NCBI GenBank assembly: GCA_963934255.1
Contig: CAWVXU010000003.1
Location: 4,209-68,208, forward strand
Origin: an uncultured Fibrobacterales bacterium
Lineage (GTDB): Bacteria; Fibrobacterota; Fibrobacteria; Fibrobacterales; CAWVXU01
Direction: 5' to 3'
DNA: 64,000 nt
Shown: in pieces, positions 58,289-64,000 of the stretch
Layout of the letters: each line of letters starts with the position of its first letter
Numbering within the stretch: the first letter of the stretch is position 1
Notes under the pieces: generated by a model
What the model was told of the DNA's origin: nothing
The model's database searches: none
The model's input: the letters and a program-made list of their open reading frames with translations, nothing else
Translations under genes and position numbers: made by a program

Positions 58289-59041
58289 CTACCTAAAACT
58301 CAGCACGACTTGTCGCACCACGATATGCCAACCATCAACCATGACAAACAAAATAAGTTTAAATGGCATAGAGATCATCACTGGAGGTAGCATCATCATC
58401 CCCATTGACATCAATACAGAAGCAACTACCATGTCTATCACCAAAAATGGAATATACAGCAGAAATCCAATAATAAAAGCCGTCTTGAGCTCAGATAAGA
58501 TAAAAGCGGGTATTAATACCGGCATACCTATATCGGCAATACTTTTAGGGTTCTCTGTTTTAGATATCCTTAAAAAGAGCGCCAATTCTTTTTCTGAAGT
58601 TTGACGTAACATGAAATTTTTGAGCGGCCCAACCGCCTCATCGATGGCGACTTTGTAATCAATCTCCTTATTGAGATAGGGTTGCAGAGCATTCTCATTA
58701 ATCGCATTAATCGTCGGCTGCATAATAAAAAAGGTCAAAAATAGAGCAAGACCCATAACCACTTGATTAGGGGGTGCATTTTGAGTACCCATTGCTTGCT
58801 TCAGGAAATTAAGCACAATCACAATTCGAGTAAATGAGGTCAACATGATAATAATCGAAGGAGCTAATGACAAAACAGTCAATAATGCAACAATTTCAAG
58901 GGTAACAGCTACATCTTCCACACTCTTGGCTTGCTCAACACCAATGGTAAATTTGGGTGCAGCAATTTGAGCGAAGACTTCAGAAGCGCCAAATAAAAAC
59001 AATACTCCAAATAATAAGAGTAGATTAGGAAGGCGTGTCAT
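58289..59041 (-). CDS. fliP: Flagellar export apparatus protein FliP
   Basis: LLTVLSLAPSIIIMLTSFTRIVIVL, PPNQVVMGLALFLTFFIM, AFILSELKTAFIIGFLLYIPFLVIDMVVASVLMSMGMMMLPP. Confidence 0.95.
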   Translation of the reverse strand: MTRLPNLLLLFGVLFLFGASEVFAQIAAPKFTIGVEQAKSVEDVAVTLEIVALLTVLSLAPSIIIMLTSFTRIVIVLNFLKQAMGTQNAPPNQVVMGLALFLTFFIMQPTINAINENALQPYLNKEIDYKVAIDEAVGPLKNFMLRQTSEKELALFLRISKTENPKSIADIGMPVLIPAFILSELKTAFIIGFLLYIPFLVIDMVVASVLMSMGMMMLPPVMISMPFKLILFVMVDGWHIVVRQVVLSFR

Positions 59042-59646
59042 GAATGGCTCTCCGGGTTTTTCTTGAATTTGGCCAGCAGTTGATTCACCGTTTGTGAAAA
59101 TTCAACACCACTAGTACTCGGCGCCAATAACTCAGGATCAAGGGTTGATTTATCTAATTCTTTAAGATATGAAATATTTTCATTGGTGACTCCAAGTAAA
59201 ACGAATTCATTTTGAATTCGAGCAATCACAAGTCTTTGATTAGGGCCGATCAATTTGGTTTGAACAACTTCAAGGTCAATCGTTTGAGTACTCTCTTGAC
59301 CCCATTTGGCGTTTTGAAGTTTCTTAATTAGATAAACTGTTAAGAATATCAGACCTATGACAAGTGCCAAACCCAAAACGGTCTCAACTAAGAGACCAGA
59401 AACACTTCGAGTGACCGTTTCCTGGACAGGAGTTGAATCAGGTATTGCGTCATTTATTTCATTGACACGCTTTAACTTACCCTCCATGGAGCCAACCTCA
59501 ACACCTGAAACTGAATTAGTAGATGAATCAAATTGTTCATATTTTTCATATTGGTCATCTTTATCAATTTGGCCATCTTGAGCTGAAAAAACTGCCGTGG
59601 GCACTAAGCCCAGTAAAACGAATATAATTGCAAATAAAATGTGCAT
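59038..59646 (-). CDS. fliO: Flagellar protein FliO/FliZ (long form, 202 aa)
   Basis: Position upstream of fliP with a 4-nt overlap. Single TM helix GLALVIGLIFLTVYLI followed by LVIARIQNEFVLLGVT. Confidence 0.6.
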   Translation of the reverse strand: MHILFAIIFVLLGLVPTAVFSAQDGQIDKDDQYEKYEQFDSSTNSVSGVEVGSMEGKLKRVNEINDAIPDSTPVQETVTRSVSGLLVETVLGLALVIGLIFLTVYLIKKLQNAKWGQESTQTIDLEVVQTKLIGPNQRLVIARIQNEFVLLGVTNENISYLKELDKSTLDPELLAPSTSGVEFSQTVNQLLAKFKKNPESHS

Positions 59647-59665
59647 GAAGAATCCTTAAAGTTGA

Positions 59666-60715
59666 TTACTTCAGAAATTTAATCCGTTCTTCCGGAGTTA
59701 CCAAGGAAACAATGCGAATTCCGAAATATTCATCAACAACAACGACCTCGCCTTTGGCCACAACCTTGTCATTTATTAGAATATCAACCGGTTCTCCTGC
59801 AAGTCGATCCATCTCAACAATGGAACCCGGGCCGAGCTCTAATATACGGCGAATAGACAGATTCGTACGCCCCAACTCAATCGTAAGGTCAAGCGGGATA
59901 TCCATTAACATGTCTAATGCACGAATACCAGTAGAATCAAATAAGCTGGCAGAGGCGCCTAATGCGTTGAAATTTGCCGCAGACTTATCAAACGCTCCAA
60001 GGCTAGCAAAAGCATCTCCCCCTAAAGTCTCTCCGACATTAGCTGGTTCACCTGCGCTTGATCCCGAATCACTCACTCCTAACTTGTCATCAATACTTGA
60101 AACCAAGGACTCACTGAAGACAAATAATAATGAAACATCCTCCATTCCATCAATTTTGAGATCAATAATACCCACAATACCAGGGCTTGAAATCATTGCA
60201 GAAGGTTTAAACGCAGTTGTTACTGACTGCGAAATACTTAGACTAAGGTCCAATTCAGCGGCAATCACAGTATTTACTGCACCCATCCATTGATTGACTA
60301 GCTCACTTAAAGCATCCATATGGTCATCTTCAAATTTAGCCTTACCATCGCCCATCATCATAAAATCTGAAAGTAAAGCGGTAGTTCCTTTGGTGATAAT
60401 GATGCTAAAATCACCTTGTAGATCATTTTCAAAACCAACCCGAACTTGAAGAGAGTCAGTTAAAAAACGAGAAACAACAGCTTCATCAATATTTTGTAAA
60501 GCACTGAGTTTAAAATCAACATTTTTGGATATAATTGTCGTCACCACACTAGATGCTTGTTCTGTAATCAGCTTGAGTACAGGTCTGACAATTTCTGGAT
60601 CTAAACCACCAGATGAACCTGAGCCACTAGAGCCACCATCATCCGATCCGCCGCCGCCCATTATTCCGGCAAGAGCATCTATATCCGCTTGACTGAGTAA
60701 TCCATCATCGCTCAT
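59666..60715 (-). CDS. fliY: Flagellar motor switch protein FliY (CheC-like domain + FliN C-terminal domain)
   Basis: N-terminal LSQADIDALAG. C-terminal SpoA/FliN domain LDLTIELGRTNLSIRRILELGPGSIVEMDRLAGEPVDILINDKVVAKGEVVVVDEYFGIRI. 349 aa. Confidence 0.85.
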   Translation of the reverse strand: MSDDGLLSQADIDALAGIMGGGGSDDGGSSGSGSSGGLDPEIVRPVLKLITEQASSVVTTIISKNVDFKLSALQNIDEAVVSRFLTDSLQVRVGFENDLQGDFSIIITKGTTALLSDFMMMGDGKAKFEDDHMDALSELVNQWMGAVNTVIAAELDLSLSISQSVTTAFKPSAMISSPGIVGIIDLKIDGMEDVSLLFVFSESLVSSIDDKLGVSDSGSSAGEPANVGETLGGDAFASLGAFDKSAANFNALGASASLFDSTGIRALDMLMDIPLDLTIELGRTNLSIRRILELGPGSIVEMDRLAGEPVDILINDKVVAKGEVVVVDEYFGIRIVSLVTPEERIKFLK

Positions 60716-60736
60716 GATGTCCTCCTTCTCTTAAAC

Positions 60737-61771
60737 TTATTGCTCATCGCCGACTTCTCGGTCTATCACTGAAGTGATTTGAACTGATTTTTTACGTCCT
60801 ACAATTCCAGGCTTAGCAAGGAACTTAGGTTGATTGCCAACAAATAGAACTAAGTCTGAATTGGCCGGTTTATCTAGAACTAATACGTCGTCTTTTTTGA
60901 GCTGCATGAAATCTCGAACTGTCATACTGAGTTCACCAATTCTAGCCGAGGCTACAGAGGGTGTTTCACTCAACTCTTTTTCAACTAAACGACGAGTTTC
61001 TTGAGTAGTAGTTTTCTGTGAAGAAATCCAAGTCTCACCGGATAATTTTTCAATCACCGACTCAAGTAAAATGAATGGGAAACACATGGACATAAGGCCT
61101 GATCCATTTTTCATACGAACCTCGTATGAAATCAAAATCACGGTTTCACCGGGCGGTGCAATTTGCACAAACTGAGGATTGGTTTCATAACTCTCAATTT
61201 TGGGTGAGAAAATACCAATGTTTTCCCACACTTCTTTAAGATCAACCAATGCTCGTTCAATGATTTTATTCATCACCGATAACTCAATATCAGTAAGCTC
61301 TCGGTTTTGTTCAGAGTTTTTACCTATACCACCAAAAAGTCTATCCAGCATCAAAAACATCAGAGCTGGATTCATTTCTAAAATAGCTGACCCTTCCAAA
61401 GGTTCCATTTGAAAAATGTAAATACAAGACGGACTTGCTATTGACATGATCACTTCTTGATAAGTCAGTTGATCCACCGAGACCATCTCAATTTCAACGA
61501 GAGTTCTTAAAAAAGAAGTTAAATTTGTTGAAAGTAATCGAGCATAACCTTCGTGTAAATTTTGTAAAGTACGGACTTGTTCTTTAGAAACACGATCCGG
61601 TCTTTTAAAATCATAAATGTTCACAGTTGTAAACTTATCTACAGGTGGAGCAAGTGATACAGGTCCACCGTTCGATGCAACAGGCGCTACAGCTACTTCG
61701 TCACCAAAGTCTCCACTAGATACAGCAGATAATAAGGCGTCGACTTCTTCTTGGGATAGTATATCGCTCAT
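60737..61771 (-). CDS. fliM: Flagellar motor switch protein FliM
   Basis: MSDILSQEEVDALL, YDFKRPDRVSKEQVRTL, LFGG. Confidence 0.9.
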   Translation of the reverse strand: MSDILSQEEVDALLSAVSSGDFGDEVAVAPVASNGGPVSLAPPVDKFTTVNIYDFKRPDRVSKEQVRTLQNLHEGYARLLSTNLTSFLRTLVEIEMVSVDQLTYQEVIMSIASPSCIYIFQMEPLEGSAILEMNPALMFLMLDRLFGGIGKNSEQNRELTDIELSVMNKIIERALVDLKEVWENIGIFSPKIESYETNPQFVQIAPPGETVILISYEVRMKNGSGLMSMCFPFILLESVIEKLSGETWISSQKTTTQETRRLVEKELSETPSVASARIGELSMTVRDFMQLKKDDVLVLDKPANSDLVLFVGNQPKFLAKPGIVGRKKSVQITSVIDREVGDEQ

Positions 61772-61781
61772 TTTAAACCTC

Positions 61782-62360
61782 TTACTGGATTAGGAATTTA
61801 TCCAAAAAGGTCGTTCTAATTATGCCACCACTGGATTTATCTTCACTTGGTTCTGGCAATATAAGATTGACATCATTTTTAATTGTTTCAGTAATGTTTC
61901 TTTTACCTTCGCTCGTCTGCATCTCACTGAGTGGTCGACTGGAGACTTGACGAATAATAATATCTTTAATTTTCGGCATTCTAGCATCTAGAAGTTCTTG
62001 CATTTGAATATAGTCAGCTTCCCACTCGAGTTGAACACCTAATACTGCATATCTAGATCCATCTGTCCCTAAAATATTGACAGTCACTTCAATAGGCTCT
62101 GGTAGGGTGAGTCCCATTGAGGTGTTTTTACGTTTTTCTTCGGCTGATTTTTTATCAGCAGCATCCATCGCTTTTTTTGCTTTGTTCTCTTTTTTAATGA
62201 ACTTCTCACCAATATATATTGCTAATCCAATTTGAACTCCAAGTAGTACTACAAAAAATACCGCGACAATAATGACACGCTTTCCAACAGCAGGCTTTTT
62301 GCCACCAACATCTTCTGCTTCTGCTTCTGCTTCTACTTCTTTATTTTCTTCATCAGCCAT
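61782..62360 (-). CDS. fliL: Flagellar basal-body-associated protein FliL
   Basis: Single TM helix, then VNILGTDGSRYAVLGVQLEW...PKIKDIII. Position between motB and fliM. Confidence 0.8.
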   Translation of the reverse strand: MADEENKEVEAEAEAEDVGGKKPAVGKRVIIVAVFFVVLLGVQIGLAIYIGEKFIKKENKAKKAMDAADKKSAEEKRKNTSMGLTLPEPIEVTVNILGTDGSRYAVLGVQLEWEADYIQMQELLDARMPKIKDIIIRQVSSRPLSEMQTSEGKRNITETIKNDVNLILPEPSEDKSSGGIIRTTFLDKFLIQ

Positions 62361-62369
62361 TGTGACCCT

Positions 62370-63107
62370 CTATTCTTTTACTTTATCTTTTTCATCAACA
62401 TAGTCGACAAAAATTTCAATACGTCTATTTTTAGCTCGATTTGCAGGAGAAGTGTTTGGGACAGATGGTCTAAACTCACCAAATCCTACCGCACTCATAT
62501 ACTGAGGAGCTATACCAGTATTTTTAGAGAGAGTTTTCACTACACTCAAGGCTCTCATGGAAGACAATTCCCAATTGGAACCAAATTTACCACCGCGCAA
62601 TGGAACATCATCCGTATGCCCTTCTACTCGTATTTTCAAATCTTCGTTTTGTTTCAAGATCTTAGAAATTTCTTCAATGATAACTTCACCTTGTTCCATC
62701 AAATCTGCTTGACCCGATTGGAAACTTCCATCCTGCAGCTTGATATGAATACCCTCTTCAGTCACCTTGACTTTTACAGCATCATCCAAATTCTTAGTTT
62801 CTAAAGTCTCTTCCATTTTTTTGGCATCTTCTAATGCCTGCTTACGTTTTGACTCATCCCCAGAATATTTAGGGATCTCAACAAAAGGCATCACTGCCAC
62901 TGTCGGAAAAGACGTCATCACTCCGAACGCCGCTTGCAGAGACTGAGTTGTTATCATAAATTTAGTCGGTTCAAATGAAGCCATAGAAATCAGAAGTACA
63001 AAAAATGTGAGCAGCAATGACATGAGGTCCCCGAAGGTCATCATATATGCCGGAGCACCTTTTTTGCATGGTGGACATTTATCAGGCATCTGCGTTAGCT
63101 TCTGCAA
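62370..63107 (-). CDS. motB: Flagellar stator protein MotB (OmpA-like C-terminus)
   Basis: AYMMTFGDLMSLLLTFFVLL (plug/TM with the conserved Asp), and RVEGHTDDVP...SNWELSSMRA...NRRIEI. Confidence 0.9.
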   Translation of the reverse strand: MQKLTQMPDKCPPCKKGAPAYMMTFGDLMSLLLTFFVLLISMASFEPTKFMITTQSLQAAFGVMTSFPTVAVMPFVEIPKYSGDESKRKQALEDAKKMEETLETKNLDDAVKVKVTEEGIHIKLQDGSFQSGQADLMEQGEVIIEEISKILKQNEDLKIRVEGHTDDVPLRGGKFGSNWELSSMRALSVVKTLSKNTGIAPQYMSAVGFGEFRPSVPNTSPANRAKNRRIEIFVDYVDEKDKVKE

Positions 63108-63861
63108 ACTCGAGACGTTTGGCCGGTTCGATAAATGCCGTTAATTTCAATTCGACAATTCTAGGGTTATCACCAGACTGTAGACTCATGATACCCTCGA
63201 GCATCATGTTTTTTATGGCAAGTTCCTCATCTGAGTATTTCTTCAGTTTAAGCGCAAAAGGAGTGAAGAAAAGATTCGCAACAACTGCACCATACAAAGT
63301 TGTAATGAGTGCAACAGCCATCGCCGGCCCAATATTTGCAGGGTCAGACATATTGGCCAGCATCAAAACCAGCCCTACTAGTGTTCCAATCATTCCAAAG
63401 GCTGGACAGATTGCCGCAATATTCTCTACAAGGTCAATATTGACTTTATGACGGTCGTCAATAAATGCCACCTCTGTGTTTAAAATGTCCTTGATTAATT
63501 CCGGTTCAGTTCCGTCAACAGCTAGTTGAATTCCTTTTTTGAGAAATTCATCAGTGATTTCTTCGGTACGAGCTTCAAGTGAAAGGATTCCCTCTCTACG
63601 AGCTTGCTCTGCAAATGAAACAACAAGTTTAATCGTTGCAACAGTATCATTGATCTGAGGAACAAAGGCGTTTTTAAGTATGGACGGTAAGTGTTTTACA
63701 AGTGAAGGAGGGTATGCCACAAAAATTGCACCAAGAGTTCCGCCAATCACAATACCCGCTGAAGGGGAGTCAACAAATAACAGTAGATTTGCTGGACCCA
63801 CACCCACCATAAGAATCAAGAGGGTCGCAAAAATAATTCCACCAATGGTACCTAAGTCCAC
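63082..63861 (-). CDS. motA: Flagellar stator protein MotA
   Basis: GTG start with AAAGGTGG SD. PAFGMIGTLVGLV and ALITTLYGAVVAN are MotA/ExbB/TolQ signatures. Overlaps motB by 26 nt. Confidence 0.9.
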   Translation of the reverse strand: MDLGTIGGIIFATLLILMVGVGPANLLLFVDSPSAGIVIGGTLGAIFVAYPPSLVKHLPSILKNAFVPQINDTVATIKLVVSFAEQARREGILSLEARTEEITDEFLKKGIQLAVDGTEPELIKDILNTEVAFIDDRHKVNIDLVENIAAICPAFGMIGTLVGLVLMLANMSDPANIGPAMAVALITTLYGAVVANLFFTPFALKLKKYSDEELAIKNMMLEGIMSLQSGDNPRIVELKLTAFIEPAKRLEFAEANADA

Positions 63862-64000
63862 AATAAGCCACCTTTCACATTTTTAGAGGCTTCCCACCTC
63901 AAAGTTTTAAAACTTGTCAACATACTACATCCTAGTGAAAGTGCCACTGTATAAAATATACATCATATCAAGTGGCCTCTCAATTAAGAGCTATTTAAAT

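Noticed and set aside
59712-60293. A 193-aa plus-strand ORF opposite fliY. The same applies to 63047-63451 opposite motA/motB, 22478-22840 opposite nfeD, and 56269-56565 opposite flhB.
   Set aside because: These are shadow ORFs within well-supported flagellar or NfeD genes, with no independent signals.
1-64000. A search for CRISPR arrays, rRNA/tRNA genes, transposases, integrases, reverse transcriptases, and restriction or other recognisable defence genes.
   Set aside because: I saw no regularly spaced direct repeats, no conserved rRNA/tRNA strings, and no DDE/tyrosine-recombinase/RT motifs in any ORF. The only mobile-element-like signals are the RepA-like ATPase and the higA scar, both reported above.

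Overview
About 38-40% GC chromosomal DNA from a diderm, flagellated bacterium. Several secreted proteins end in T9SS-type (Por_Secre_tail / FlgD-Ig-like) C-terminal domains. That, plus two TIGR02147/DUF4423 genes, suggests an FCB-superphylum organism, possibly Fibrobacterota- or Chitinivibrionia-like and chitinolytic; this is inference only. Contents in order: (1) a partial GH19 chitinase divergent from a TIGR02147 + lipoprotein pair. (2) A small operon of unknown 177-aa protein, MazG-like protein, RlmF and an alpha/beta hydrolase. (3) mdh and sucDC. (4) A long minus-strand envelope block: acidic miniprotein, MltD-like LysM transglycosylase, SppA, two tandem about 1,200-aa C25 (gingipain/PorU-like) peptidases, a polytopic membrane protein and an Rrf2 regulator. 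(5) An NfeD-NfeD-FloA flotillin operon. (6) A YjfB-like motility miniprotein with a recognisable sigma-28 promoter. (7) An M18 aminopeptidase. (8) The classic bamA-skp-lpxD-lpxC-fabZ-lpxA cluster. (9) clpC. (10) An orphan AAA_25/RepA-like P-loop protein. (11) A GH18 chitinase divergent from a second, larger TIGR02147 + lipoprotein + 1,254-aa secreted protein cassette. (12) An HDOD protein. (13) A decayed higA fragment. (14) A 15-kb flagellar operon, motAB-fliLMY-fliOPQR-flhB-X-flhA-flhF-flhG-x-fliA. No rRNA, tRNA, CRISPR array, transposase or integrase was recognised. The most interesting signals are the twice-repeated chitinase <-> TIGR02147-lipoprotein architecture, a beta-propeller lipoprotein translationally wedged between flhB and flhA, the tandem PorU-like C25 paralogs, and the orphan RepA-like ATPase next to a repeat-rich AT-rich spacer. 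All family assignments come from motif recognition by eye; no database search was run.
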